Assembly (NCBI RefSeq): GCF_006345805.1
Contig: NC_043001.1
Location: forward strand, 31,620,001 to 31,684,000
Length of the DNA: 64,000 bases
Source of the DNA: Octopus sinensis
Taxonomy: Eukaryota
Direction: 5' to 3'
Numbering within the stretch: the stretch's first letter is position 1; each line of letters begins with the position of its first letter. Below are positions 1-14,261 of the stretch, piece after piece. A program made the position numbers and the translations under genes. The notes under the pieces are model-generated. The model had not been told where the DNA came from and did no database searches. It worked only from the letters and a program-made list of their open reading frames with translations.

Positions 1-2555
1 CAGTTTGACACTTTAACAAATCAATGTGAATAATTACTTTACTAAATAGATGCTTAGTTAAACTGGCAAAGTGCATTTGGAAACACGAATCTCCGACATA
101 ATATAAAAATACAAACCAATCAGAATGGCAGTCATTTGTCTTCTTTCTATAGAAAGTAAATTGGAACTGCTGAGGTCATATGCTGAATAAGGTATCACCT
201 TGTAGTTATTTTCCCATTAACTAGAGATGGACAGAGCAGTAATCAGATCATCTCACAGGTAGGCTACTAATTCTACTTTAGCTGAATTTTTAACTAATAT
301 AAAAATGTTGTTGTAACATTCAACATCACTTAGCTCATTCATCAACGGTGGACCTACAGCAGAGCATGAGAGTATCTGTACATTTGCCAGAACCAACATT
401 TTTTTTTCTTGTTAAAAGACTTTACAGAATACAACTCTGTTGTAATGGTAAGTCTCTGACAATTCTTTTCAAGATAAATTTAGTTATAAGTTGATTGTAT
501 TCAGAAAGGTGATAATGTACATACAATACAGAGGCAAGAGTAAGATGTATGTAAATGGCAAGGAAAGGCTTACTAAAAAAGTGGACTAAAATGATGGTAA
601 CAAGCATGTATGTATAGATGTGCATAGAGAATAGAGGCAAAGCATCGTAAATAGAAAATATAAAAAAAAAACGCCATGTCGAAGAAGTATCAAAAAAGCA
701 CCATTAAAGACATGTGTAACTTAGAAAATGATAATTAATTTCTCGAAGAAAGGTCTGAAATATGTAACAGTAATAAGTTAAGTTTTAGGTGGGTATCAAG
801 AAATATTTTAATAAAGAACTAACCTTCAGATGCCATCAGAATAATTAATTTAAAGCAAACAAAGTATGCAAATATAGGTATCTGTGAATAGCATCTTAAG
901 TAAAACAGACTCAAAGTAAACAAGAAGCAACAACAATAACCAGAAACATTCTATAATTTAAATGAGCTTATTTCTCATCTTTAGGCCTCTGTTGGTGAGG
1001 GTTAACTGTGCATGTATGCTTGAAAAGTTCTTTAATACAATGCAAACTTAGGCAAGGATTTTTTTTTCATAGAAGACCAACAATTACCCATGCAGCAAGT
1101 TTCCCTTCTCTATGCATTGATATTGTCCAAGAGAAAAGCAGTTTGACATCCATGTTGTCACAATCAAACTTAGAAATGCAAAGAGGCTGGATGAATGCTG
1201 ATAGGTATTGTACCCAATGCTCTTACAATTTAGTCAACCCATTGCCACGAACTGGTACTTTATTTTATCAACCCTAGAAAGATGAAAAGCAAAGCTGACT
1301 CCAGCAAGATTTGAGCTCATAATGTAAAGAGCAATAACAAACACCATAAAGAATTTTGGCCCAGCTACTATGTTTATACTTTGTGATATACATTAAGCTA
1401 GCTCCATGCATGAAATAACAGACATACAGTATAATTGAATATTTAGACATATCCACAAGAAATGGCTTAGTTTTTCATGACTTTTAGGTAAAAGAAATTA
1501 CAAGTACTAAGTATTTAATAGATTTGGGAGAGATGGAAAGGTAAATTCACCTTGGTAGTAATTAAAACTCAGAATTGCATGTTATCAATCAGACTGTATT
1601 TTTGTAAACTATGAAACCACAGTATTATGAAGATGGTATACTGGGTTGAGAGGAACCTTATTGCTTTCTAGCTAAGAATGTTCTCTCTGCATTAGACATA
1701 TTATTAAGAAACTCGAGGCTTGCTTGAAACAGGTTTATTTCAAACACTGAAGTGAATAGAGATCTGAAAGATTTGTTAACAAAATTATATATTGTGTATT
1801 AAATATAAGCTTGCTAATTTCCAACACATAATTTGTGAAAGTCAAATCAAGTCTTGGTACCTTGTAACACAGTTTTACACCACCGCTTTTACTATAATAT
1901 GTATTTAGTAGATTTGTAGATAGAATTCAAATTCAGTCACCTCAAATGCGAATTTTAAGTTGAGTCAATGACTAGATTTGTATTAAACCTTGTAGCAGTG
2001 AGAGGTTTTGCATAAAGTAATTAAATGAATATATGATATAAATGGCAGTTAGAACACTTGTTTTAAAAGCAGTAGTAACACAATTATATAAGTAATAAAA
2101 ATATAGAAAAGCAACAAAATTATAAATAAAATATAACAGAAAATTATAGCCCTTAAGGTTGAAATCAACTGCTCATTCTTGCAAACAGATAATTATAAGG
2201 CAACATTACTGGCTCTAATTTCCTAGAATTACAAATATTACTTTGCGGCAGTCACTTTGTGAATGATTATACAGGAAAGATGAGATTTGTAATTTACTGT
2301 ATAGCTTTTTTTTAAAAAAATTTTAGTTTGCAGTTATATGTCACTTGTAAGCTTCTTAGTAAAATAAAATTATAACAGGTCTCAAGAGAATCAGAAAGAA
2401 ATGGTGACAAGTAAACTCAAAATGCGATAGGACTAGTAGAAAGTCAAGTGGATGTCATGAGAAACAGAAAATAGAGAACGAGTTTAATTTCTTTTTAAGG
2501 AATGATCACTAAATCGTGAAGGTTGACAGTATCAAATCAGTATATTATAGGTACT

Positions 2556-2870
2556 TTAATTTAATTTAATTTTAATTTAATTTTTTTGGCTCAAAAAGTA
2601 AAAGCAAGGTCATGTAGGGGGACATGGAGTTATGTACAGGGAGTGTGTTCAAACAAAGAGTTCAGGCCATTTCTGGTCAAGAGAGACTTTGAACCGAGCG
2701 GTCATCGGCATCTTATTCCACGGATCCGCAACCCGGACGGAGAAAGACCCTCTCCTTCGATTGAGATGAAATCGTCATAGACAGAGCTTTTCGGAGTGAC
2801 CCCACAGCCCACGCTCTGGAGCAGGAGTGAAGAACAGCTCTTTTGAGAGGTTACACTTTCTGCTTATGAT
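2556..2870 (-). mobile_element. CR1-type LINE 3' fragment, young copy 1
   Basis: Minus strand encodes a CR1 ORF2 C-terminus-like peptide (KELFFTPAPERGLRGHS...RRGSFSVRVADPWNK). It ends in a (TTAAA)n-type microsatellite tail and is near-identical to 17470-17812. Confidence 0.8.
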
Positions 2871-3426
2871 GTTATGAGTGAGAATGAGATCACGGCGTTG
2901 TCGTTTACTTGTTTTAATAATCCTATAGAGATAAAGGACAAAATGTTTGTTTGGTGATCCACAACTCCTGCAGAACTACAACTGTTCAGGTGAAAAAGAC
3001 TTCAAAATCCGAAGTAATGAATGTTAAATCCTATAAACATGTGACACAGATGGCAGAAGGATTGACTAGCATTTAGATGTTCTTATCTAGACAAAGCCTT
3101 TACTGATCTGGAGGAATTACAGTTATATATACCAATAATGCCGTCTCCTTTATTATACAAGGACCTAATTTTTAAAGAAAAGAAATTATCATAGTTATTC
3201 TAATGCCAAACTGTCTTACAAGAGCCCACAAAAAGTGAGAAAAAAAATGAAAACTATTGTGGGATACTACACAATGAAAAAGTAAAGTGAAAGCTTTATT
3301 TTGATCATATGACTATATAACCAACAAATGATTCTGTAGCTTAATGTTCTGAGTTAAAATCTGGTCAATGTCTGAATTACTTTACTTTTTTGAGCAAGTA
3401 TTGAGCTACATAATATTTGAGCTGTC

Positions 3427-3648
3427 TAAGGCAGCAAGCTGGTAGAAATGTTAGCATGCAAGGTGAAATGCTTAGCAGTATTTCATCTGTCTTTACATTC
3501 TGAGTTCAAATTCTGCTGAGGTTGACTTTGCCTTTCACCCTTTTGGGGTCAATAAATTAAGTACCAGTTGCGTCCTGGTGTCAATCTAATCAACTGGCCC
3601 CCTCCCCCGAAATTTCGAGCCTTGTGCCTAGAATAGAAAAGAATATTT
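3427..3648 (+). mobile_element. SINE-like repeat, family C
   Basis: Runs taaggcagcaagctggtagaa...ttctgagttcaaattc...gactttgcctttcatcc...ccttgtgcctagaatagaaaag. Further copies lie at ~5821-6016(-), 16886-17102(+), 18085-18290(+), 25020-25228(+), 28266-28498(-), 30565-30778(-), 33265-33480(-), 37207-37408(+), 40642-40871(-), 50355-50560(+), 51335-51480(-), 51660-51958(+) and 59610-59720(-). Confidence 0.85.
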
Positions 3649-3844
3649 GAGTTGTCTCTAAACATATGTAAAACTGGTTTAATTCTTGTGGAATTTTTCT
3701 GTTCCCCACTTTTGATCCATGATGGTTTTGTAAGCAGTACATCAGCAAAGAAAGCCTTTACATTTACTGCCCATTTTGTATCCAATTCCATACTGCATGC
3801 ATGCACTAGATACATCTCAAAAACTACCTTTCCAGCAGGCTTGC

Positions 3845-4830
3845 CAACCTGCACACATGCATACCAAGTGTGAAAGTTCCTTCAATCACTTCAAACCAAC
3901 AAGTCTATTGACCCCATCAACTCACACTTCCTCTTTAATGATCACCGATATGGCTTCCATAAAGTCAGATTTATTGAGGACATACTCTCTTGTATTACTC
4001 ACCAATGGGCTCTCATCCTCAGGAAATTAGATGAAAGTAGTTTTGCTCCCTTCAGCATTAGCAATGCTTTAAAGCACATCCGGCATGTAAACCTTCTGGT
4101 AAAATTGCCCTCCTATGATTTTCATTTGCCCTTGATTCTAGAATCAGATGTCACACAAAAAGGCATGGGTTGCTGAAACTATCTCTGATCGGCTCTATCA
4201 ACTCTGGTATATCCTAGGGTTTGGTTCTGCCACCCATATTTTCCTTCTATTCATTAATATCTTATTTGCTGTCACTTTCAACAATGCCCACTCTTTTGCA
4301 GATGATATCAACCTTCATTCTTCTTTTGCACCCAAATGTCATCTGCATGTAACTACACCTCATCCTGACCTTGTCTTCTTGAACAGGTAAAAAGACACAA
4401 TCACTGTATGTATCAAGAGAATATTATCTCATCTACTCCTTGCCATTGCTAAACAAGAATACATAACTAGAACCCTCACAATTACTTCAAATACTAGGCT
4501 CCACCAGGACTAAGGATCTCTCAGAGCAAACACACATCCTCAAAACAGTAAAAACTGCTGCACAAAGACTGTCCATCTTCTTCAGGTTCAGAAAAAAACC
4601 CAACCTTTGCAACAACTACTTGCTCTCTACAAAGCCCAGTCAAGCCCACAATGGAGTACTGGTCTCATACCTGAGATGTGCTTATTTCTATACACACAAA
4701 TATCTTACACCGTATTTATAGAAAGGCCAGTTAATTGATCAGCACGAAGTTGTTTACAAACATACTCTAATCTCTGGCTCATAAATGTACTGTCTCCTCC
4801 TTCTGTCTTTCCTGCTGCTACTACTGCGGC
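3845..4830 (+). pseudogene. Degenerate LINE reverse transcriptase (CR1/L2/Jockey-like)
   Basis: Frameshifted RT motifs: LFINIL...HSFADDINLH (FADD box), a SINSG.. segment, and a LYKAQ..PTMEY.SH-like segment near 4625-4670. Many stops. Confidence 0.75.
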
Positions 4831-6930
4831 TACTGCTTCTTGGATCTGGCTAGTTCCTTACAAAAATTTATTCTTATGTCCTCAATGGCAAATCAGTGAC
4901 CAATGATGTAATCGCAAAAATTCTTTAGTTTTCTCCCTTTTCACCAGTGATTTTGATTATGTGCTTCAAGCATCAGCAGGCACAATTTACTGTAAATGTC
5001 TTCTGGTCACTCCAAGATAAGCTCACATCCATATATGAAAACAGTATAGATTCTGCAGATGATCTTGCACAACTTGTTAATTCCTTACACGAGGGACAAG
5101 ATCTGCTAATCCCTCTTGAGACAGCAGTAAACTACATTAATGATCATTATCCAATGTGTCCTTTTCTAAGATGGTAGGGAGTGATTTGAGGGAGATTTGG
5201 CTTCTATTTCTAGTAGGTCGAATGACCACATAGACTTCCTTGTTACTCATTTGGCTATAAGTATGTACACGTGCATCTTATGATGTAATCATATGTACTC
5301 AAGATAGATCTGATAGCTAATGTTTTCCCTATTAGTTATAACTGACAAAATAAGCTATGAGAGAAAACATTGCTATTATATAAAAAAATCTAATCATCAA
5401 AGATAATTGTATAAGATAACACAAAGAAATTTACAAGAAACCCATTTTTTACCTGTCTTCTCTATTTAAGAAGACAGTAGAACAAACTTTTTAACATATG
5501 TATATAATGTCCCAAATTTTATTTGAACAATAAAATGAGAAATTGTGTTTCATATATACTTCACAAGGCCACTATGAGGGTTGTGAAGGGACTCTGAATG
5601 GCAACTTTAACATGGATGTTGTAGTCATTAACCAATTTTTCTACCATTGTACCTTAGTGATTATCCTGCACTAAATAAATAATTTAAACTACAAATTGAT
5701 AGTGAATAATCAAAATTATATTAGTCCATACTCACAAACACTGTATAAAGATTTTCAAAAGTCAACTGAACATTTGCAAACAATTGGACAGTAGCTATCT
5801 ACACAAACTGAAGGAACAAATTTTGGCACAAGGCCAGCAGTTTCTGAGGAAAGAGTAAGTTGATTACATTGACCCTGCTGCTAAACTACTACTTATTTTA
5901 TTGACCCTGAAAAAGTCAACCTCAGTGGAATTTGAACTCAGAAAGTAGAAACTGGACAACATGCCAATAAGCATTTTGCCCAGCATATAAATGATTCTGC
6001 CAGCTTGCTGCCTTAACTATCTAAGCAAATTATTATACAGATTAATCAACTAATTATATTGAAAAATTAATCCATAAGGATAGTTCATAGAATATTGTCA
6101 AGTTCACCATGAGGAGCAGAAAGTCTAACATTACAGCCTTTTACTTTTATATGGAGGGTATAAATACACACATGAAAATAAATGGGAGGTGAGGCTGTTT
6201 GTCTTACTGCAGGCAGTGAGTGATGAGGAATTATCTTTTCATTCACTTCCTACAGCAAGGCCTGATACCACCTTTGTCATGCTTTACTCCCCATTGAATA
6301 GCAAGAACTCAAAACAGATTTTCTACTCCTCATAGTAATGAAACATATCAACATGTTTTAAAGTTGCCTTTGGATTAAATTGATGCTGACAAGAGATTTT
6401 CACCAGTTTCTTTGGATTTGGCACATAATCCTCATTGTGTCTATGGTATGATTAGATAATAATAGACTGAAGTTAGATTAGATAATAAATTTTAATTTAG
6501 GATTGTAACTTTAGAAATATGCCAAGAGAAAAAAAGAAATTGAAGTATGCCAGACTTCAGTAAATAGTTTTGTGTTAGCAAATAGTATTCATATCTTAAC
6601 CTAGCTCAGTAAGTTCAATTAGAAAAAAACAAATAATTTATGACCTACAAGCATTAATTACAAACTTGATTTATTTGAAATTCAATCTTTAAATTTAGGT
6701 GGAAACTGAAGCTTAATGAAAGTTTACTTTAGAGCTATAGCTGTAAAGATCCTGGAGAAGATAAAAAAAAAAGCTTGTAGGGTAAAATCCACTGTCTCAC
6801 TAGGTATTTCAAATAGTTTGGTTCTTGGTAACAACACCTACTCCACTTGGTTCAGACTACAACTGTTACATTCTTGAAGGGCGGCTGATGTAAAAAGAAT
6901 AAATGCAATGTAGTGGAGAGGTTGCAATAA

Positions 6931-7320
6931 TATCATCATCATCATTGTTTAGCGTCTGCTTTCCATGCTTGCATGGGTTGGACGGTTCAACTGGGGTCTG
7001 GAAGCCAGGAGGCTGCACCAGGCTCAGTCTGATCTGGCAATGTTTCTACAGCTGGATGCCCTTCCTAACGCCAACCACTCTATGAGTGTAGTGGGTGCTT
7101 TTATGTGCCAGACAAGGCTGGCAACGGCCACGATCGGATGGTGGTTTTTACGTGCCACCGGCACGAGGTCAGTCGGGGCGACGTTGGCAATGGCCACGTT
7201 CGGATGGTTCTCTTACGTACATCACAGCTGCAATTTCCATTGATGTTGATCGATTTCGATTTTTGATTTGATTTTCACTTGCCTCAACAGGTTTTCACAA
7301 GTAGAGTTTTGTGTCCCAAG
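6931..7320 (-). mobile_element. Family D retroelement 3' fragment with (GAT)n tail
   Basis: Reads catcatcatc...gtttaacgtccgctttccatgc...gctggatgcccttcctaacgccaacc and carries internal ~50-65-bp repeats. Other copies lie at 8330-8622(-), 18361-18722(-), 29900-30225(+), 34615-34890(-), 36260-36510(-), 37740-38224(+) and 41810-41950(-). Confidence 0.85.
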
Positions 7321-7635
7321 AAGGAAAGGTATGCATAAGTGGACCATGAACAAACAAAATGCCTTGTATGGGTGATGCAAAAATCCCTGAAAAACTACTT
7401 TGGCCAAAGTATATAACACCAAAATAGGATAGGAATAAAAGAGATAAATAAATGATGCAGTAGTCAGGCAGAGACGGTTGAAGAAGTCAATTGTATTCTA
7501 CATTACAATGGTGTTGTTGTACAGCAGCAGAATATACAAAAGATGATCACATTTGATCTCTTTATGTAATAAAACTTATTTACAATAAATTTAACTTACT
7601 CCCTTTTTATGTAAGATAAAAACAGAAAACAAACA

Positions 7636-8040
7636 AGACGTAGGAGTGGCTGTGTGGTAAGTAGCTTGCTTACCAACCACATGGTTCCGGGTTCAGTCCC
7701 ACTGCGTGGCACCCTGGACAAGTGTCTTCTACTATAGCCTCGGGCCAACCAAAGCCTTGTGAGTGGATTTGGTAGACGGAAACAGAAAGAAGCTCGTTGT
7801 ATATATGTATACGTTTGTGTGTGTGTGTATGTTTGTGTGACAGTGTTTGTCCCTCCCCTCAACATCGCTTGACAACCAATGCTGATGTGTTAACTTTCCC
7901 GTAACTTAGCGGTTTGGCAAAAAAGACCGATAGAATAGGTACTAGTCTTACAAAGAATAAGTCCTGGGGTTGATTTGCTCGACTAAAGCTGGTGCTCCAG
8001 CATGGCCACAGTCAAATGACTGAAACAAGTAAAAGAGTAA
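7636..8040 (+). mobile_element. Octopus-type tRNA-derived SINE, family A, full length
   Basis: Head aggagtggctgtgtggtaag...ggttcagtccc, central (GT/AT)n, and tail gactgaaacaagtaaaagag. More degenerate or partial copies lie at ~9275-9645, 10190-10468, 12713-13092, 19676-19968, 21110-21310, 24065-24410, 27070-27250, 28005-28250, 38550-38790 and 41190-41340. Confidence 0.9.
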
Positions 8041-9227
8041 ATGACTCTGGATGAAATGAGAAATTTATGGAATTGTAAACAAAGCATCAGGGATCTGAAG
8101 TGAAGAAATGTTTACAGCAGAATTATTTTACCAAGAATGAAAAAAAGATTATTTTACAGTAAAATGTGTGTTACAAATGAATATAACTGCTGAGAAAAAT
8201 TTTCTATTTTCTTTAGAAGTAAAGCAAACTGAAACCTTAAAATTTTGGATATGGATAGTAGGGTGAGTATCAGATGATCAGAAAAATGATTCCAAACTAT
8301 ACTGAAAGTTTTTAGCACAAGCTTATCGTCATCATCATCGTTTAACGTCCGTTTTCCATGCTAGCATGGGTTGGACGGTTTGACTGGGGTCTGGGAAGCC
8401 AGGCGGCTGCACCAGGCTCCAGTCTGATCTGGCAGTGTTTCTACAGCTGGATGCCCTTCCTAATGCCAACCACTCCGTGAGTGTAGTGGGTGCTTTTTAC
8501 GTGCCACCGGCACAGGTGCCAGGGAAGGCTGGCAACAGCTACGATCGGTTGGTGCTTTTTACGTGCCACCGGCACAGGTATCACAACTACAATTTCCATT
8601 TGATTTTTTGATGTTGATGTACTAAAGAATATTCATTCACATAAAACACTATAAAATAACTAACAATATTATGAGAATCAATAGAAAATGAAAATAAAGA
8701 TCTAAAATTTGTTTTTCTTTTTGTTAAAATGAAATGAAATAATTTCTGTAATTTTAGAGAAGCTTCTGTAATTTTAAAGAAGCTTTAAAATGTATTAAAA
8801 TGCATATTATAAGTAAAGGCCCTTCCATTCTGTGTCAGAGACTGAAATGAATTGTGAGTGGTGAGTGAAGTAACTTAGAGATTCAAATGAGTGTTGAGAA
8901 GGACCAAGTAATCTTTATAAGAGGAATAGTTTATCAGAGTCCATTCACTTTCACCAAACTGGGTAATAAATCATTGAATAACATACTAAACATTACTTAT
9001 TCCAATTCATTTATCTTGCTTGTTTTACTGAAATCATTCTTTGCTGTAATTTGTCCTCTTAACAAATGACTGAATACTTCTCATCAGCTGTAATAGCTTA
9101 ACATAGCTTCTGGCTACAATTGACCTTTTTAACATAGAGGGACCTTTATTAATTTAAGGGTCCTACATGGAGTTATTTCCCTTTAAGTCTTTAATTAGAG
9201 AGAACTTCTTTTAAAATGAAACGGTTT

Positions 9228-9266
<39 letters not shown>

Positions 9267-12200
9267 AAATTTGAAACGTGGCTGTTTGCTTCCTAACCAC
9301 ATGGTTCTAGGTTCAGTTCCACAGTGTGGCACCTTTGACAGGCCAGATTTAGTCAGCCCGCTGAAGGTGAGTGGATTTGGTAGAAGGAAACTGAAAGGCA
9401 CCTGTTGTGTGTGTGTATGTGTGTCTTTCTGTCTCAGCTTGTCCCCCCAACACCACTTGACAACTGGTTTTGCTGTGCTTATGCACCCTGTAACTTAGCA
9501 ATTAGCAAAAAAAAAAAAAAAAAAAGAATTAAGTACCAGGCTTAAAAATGCACTCGGGTCGACTTGTTTGGCAAAACATTTAATTCTTCAAGGTGGTGCC
9601 CCAACATGGCCGCAGTCTAGCGAGGGAAAGGTAGCTGAAGTAAAAAAAAAAAAAAAGAAGTTCGCTTCTATTTGAAAGATATTAAATATCTCATCTTAAA
9701 TGTAGGGTTGCTTATAATTGCTGTATACACACACATACACACACAGGCACATGCATGCACTTGTACATAGATAATTGTAAGAAGCCTATTAATTTTTAGT
9801 TTAAAAAATAGCTACGGAGGATATGAGTAAATGACATATTACATATCTGTAGAGTCAATTTCTCATTGATGTCAACAAGCATCAGATAAAACAACTGACA
9901 AGATGTGTCTATGTAGCTGTTGGAACATCAGAGATCAAGTATGTCTCATTGAAGTACTTACTAATCAAATGTAAGTTTTAGTGGTTGACTTAAGCTAACA
10001 TACACACACTCAACTTTTAAAATACTGAACTATATACACTAAATCTGTCTGTCTGTCTGTCTCACTCTCCCAGATGACAAATGCAGTGATAGATTTCATG
10101 AATCAGTTGGTCTGCATTGATAATGAATACACCCAAAGTGGAACTAAAAATGTTTTGGTCAAATAAAATACAATGAATTTGTTTCACTGGAGCACCAACT
10201 TGAAGGGGTTTAACCAAACAAATCTATTTGGTCATTTTGTGCTGAACAGCTGTTTTGGGGATGTAAACAAACCAATACAGATTGTCATGCATTTGGGGTG
10301 GAAGGGAGTGCACACATACACATATAAGGGCTCCTATGCAGTTTCCATCTGCTTACAGGCATTGGTTGGCCTAAAACCTTAGACAATTGCACCAGGTGCC
10401 ATATAGTGGGACTGAACCCAAAATCAAGTGGTTACAAAGTGATTTTTGAACCACAAAATTATGCTTGCCTTTATCAGGATGTTAGCATAACACGTGATTT
10501 CCTTTTTTTTCTTTTGTAATAAGAAGCAAATATAATCCTAGTTAGCGAGATTTTAGTTTTTGCCTTCCTCAAAATTCCTAGCTATGTCTTGTCTTAACTA
10601 AAATACATTAAAAAAATGCAGAGCAGTTTTGAATGTAGTGTCAAGCTAATGATATATATTTAATTATTTTTTTTTTTTTTTTATATTATAAATCAAATCA
10701 AATAATTCTTGACAGGTAGCCAATAAAATAAAAATAGTTCATAACTTAAAGAAAAAAGAAAAAAAATTCAGGAAATACACCCTGAAAAATTTCTATTTAG
10801 AAAACGGTAAAATTAAATCACTTGGCAAACATCATTAATTTCTTTTCATGTTGCAATAAGCAAACTTGCAAACCCACAGTCTTTGAACTAAATCTACAAA
10901 ATACATTCTTTATTTTATATTAATTAAATTTTCTTGCAACAAATTTAGTGTAAAGTCTCAGAAGAGAATCTGCAATCACAAGAAAAGCTCATGTGCTCAC
11001 GGAGGCCGTTCTAGTATTACGTAAACTTAATTCAGTAAGATTTCTTTGAAGAATTGTTTTCCAACACAGTTTAGACTTATCTTACTAGGAAAATCTAAAT
11101 ATCTTTAAAAATACTCCTGCTTATTGTGTAGGATAAGGAAATCTTGAAGCACAGCTCTGATATAAATAATTTGATAAAAGTTAATTTGAATTCTTTACCT
11201 CCTCCTAAATTCATTTAGTATGTTACATTGAAATCATCATGTTCTACTAACTTAATAGTTCAATCAATTTTGAAACTCAAAGCTGTCATTTTTGTAATAT
11301 ATTTTGATAAAAAAAAAATTTTAAAAAAAGAATGAAAATCATACAAGCTATGCAATCTTTCAAATCTTTTAAAAATTCAATACCACTTATACTTTCATGA
11401 ATAATGTGTAGTTGTGAAGGAACGAATTCTTTTTTTTTTACGGCTGCACTTCTTTTTAAACGTACTTTATAAATACAAATACAATAGATTTTAACTTATT
11501 TTTCAGCTTACACACAAGGAAGTATTAGAATATCTACCTTCTCATTCAATAAGACACTTTTGTTAAATAACATAATGAAATGCTTAATCTAGACCAAGTG
11601 GTAATATTCAATCTTGTAGTATTCAAATTTTCTCTGAGTATCTCTTTATCTAAAGTTAACTAACAATGTGAAGGAAAATAGTTTCCACTACTTAAGGGAG
11701 ATATAATAATCCTCTGATAGTAGCTCAATATCTTCCAGTTTCTAGGTAATGCAAGGATTATCTTTTAGTAGGAACTAAAGCAGAAAGTCATTCTTGAATA
11801 TACACACGAAAGAGAATCCTTACATCCGAAACATTAATCAGTTGAAGATGTGCTGAGGCATAAAAACCGTGAATGTTTTTCTGTCTAAAGCTTATCTGTA
11901 TGTAGGGCTTTTAAAGACTAGTGAGATATAAAGCTGAGGAACATTGATTTGGTTAATCTGTATATTTATTATATTGGTGGTTAGTGTAATGCATAAATGT
12001 ATTGAAGAGTGAAAGTAGAGGCTCATAGGTAAGTAATCCTGGAGATGAAGTGAAGGATTGCACATGATATTTGGTGCAGAGTATGGCGTGATGGTTAATG
12101 TTAGTCATATCTGATAGAGAAAAACTTTATTAAGACAGTCCATCCATGAACATCCTATCTTCGTTTATCTACAGATAGCTAGGACTAAATTATCCAAAGT

Positions 12201-13848
12201 GTGCATTCTTTCTGAGATAGTACCGTTCAAATTGAGAGAGATTTGGGTACTTTAGTAGCAGGTTGAGCAACCATGAAAAGGTTTCACCACTGGCTCATGT
12301 ATGGGCTGATAAACAGGAGAAGAAACTGTAATAAATCAATTTAAGTGTAGGTGGATGGCAAGCAGGACATTTTGAGGGCAAAGTTCATTGATTTTCAGTT
12401 ACAGAGAGTTTCTTGATTAGGCAAAAAAAAACTTTCTTTCTTATGTAGTTTATGATGCCTGTGATAAAATGTGGTATAGCAACCTAGATATAAACAAAAA
12501 AAGAAGCAAGCCATTGTATGGTATATTTGGGCTTTGTAGAGAGTTAAATATTGTTAAAGGCTGACATTTTTTGGCTCTGAATGGAGAAAAAAATCTCTTT
12601 GATGTAGTTTTTAACAATATTGATAATATGAGGCTGAATTAAAAGAGGAATTGTGAGAGATTGCTCATAATAGTCTGAGAAGTGTTGCAGCACTTTCAGA
12701 GAATGAGGGGATAGGCACAGGCATGGCTGTGTGGTTTAGAGGTTTGCATTGCAACCATGAGGTTTTAGGTTCAGTCCCATTGTGTGGCACCTTGAGTAAG
12801 CATCTTCTACTATAGTCTTGGACTGACAATAGCTCGTCAGTGGATTTGGTAGATGGACACAGCTTGGAAGCTCAACATGTGTATGTGTGTGTGTTGTGTT
12901 TGTCTTGGACCCTATAGCTTGACAACTAGTGTTGGTTTGTTTATGTCCATGTAACTTAGCAAAATAGACTGGTAGCATAAGTAGCACACTTAAAAACTAA
13001 ACACTGAGGCTGATTTAATCAACTAAAACTCATCAAGGTCAGTACCCCAGCATGGCTGCAGTCCAATGACTGAAACAAGTAAATGAAGTAAAACGCTCAT
13101 ACTGATTGTAGAAATGTATTTTGTAAATCACCGATGTTAACAGTAGACAAGATATAAGAGTTAAAAGAGGAAGAAGTGGAGGAAAGATGGATGCGTCATC
13201 TCCACAGAAGTCAATAGATCTAGCAGTGACTGATAGGAAGTTCTTCATAGAATATTAGGTTGGAAAATGATGGATCTCTGGAAAGCAGAATTTATTAAAA
13301 TGTGAATAGAAGAGTCATAACTAATACAGGCAGAAGTGACACAGCCAATGAGGAAATGTTGAACCAATGGCTATTACTTTAATAAAAGGCTCTGCTAATC
13401 TCAAGTGCCATAGCACAGGTTTCAGAAAAAAAAAAAAGACTAGTAGATCTGGTGTAGCAGAATCCATTCTATTTAGTGTTATGAAATGGACAACATTTGT
13501 AATAGAACAGAAGTTTGTTAATATAAATTGAGGACAGATAATATAGGTATCTATAAGTCAGTGAAGGAAAAATAAGTTTCTCGAAAGTTAAAATCAACAG
13601 CAAAATTCTGTATAAAAGAAATCTATTGTAGACTCAAAGTTGTTGCTTATGCTGAGTGATTTTTTTTTTTTTTTTTTTTTTTACAAAATTTAATCCTTCC
13701 TTGGATGCAAAGAAAATAACCAATCCTGAGTAGGGGGACATGCATATTTATAGTCATACTATGAATTAACCAATTAATATAACAGTAATAATTTCAAATA
13801 TCGGCACAATTTAGGGAAAGGGAAACAGTCGATTATATTGATTCCAGT

Positions 13849-14261
13849 CAGGGCCGGATTAAGATTTACAAGGCACTTAAACACTTGAAAAGTTTTGATG
13901 CCCTCATATATAGGTAATTCAAAATATAAACAATAACAAACCATAAAATCAATATCTATCTTTCAAAATGAAACAAAACAGCAAGATGGAAGCTAATGTT
14001 TACCTTTTATACTTCCCTTTATTTTTCAAAAGTTTTCTACCCTTTTTAATCGCAAAGCCTTTTATCAGATCTTCAAACTTAATCTTATGCAACATATCTG
14101 CTTCTATACTTTGTAGATATAAGGCATCCCAAATATTATTTTAGGAAGTTTAATCTGATTTCTTTTGTGCCATAAACCATTTACCATTTGCTATAGTTCC
14201 TCCCTCCCCTTGATGCTCTAAGTACATGCTTATTTTGCTTAATGGTTAATCCAGCACACTG
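13849..14261 (-). mobile_element. hAT-type non-autonomous element nested in a SINE
   Basis: Ends are cagggccggattaa / ttaatccagcacactg, with a degenerate 8-bp TSD (attccagt / aacctagt). The minus strand retains a hAT dimerisation-domain-like DALYLQSIEADMLHKIKFEDLIKGFAIKKGRK. Confidence 0.7.
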
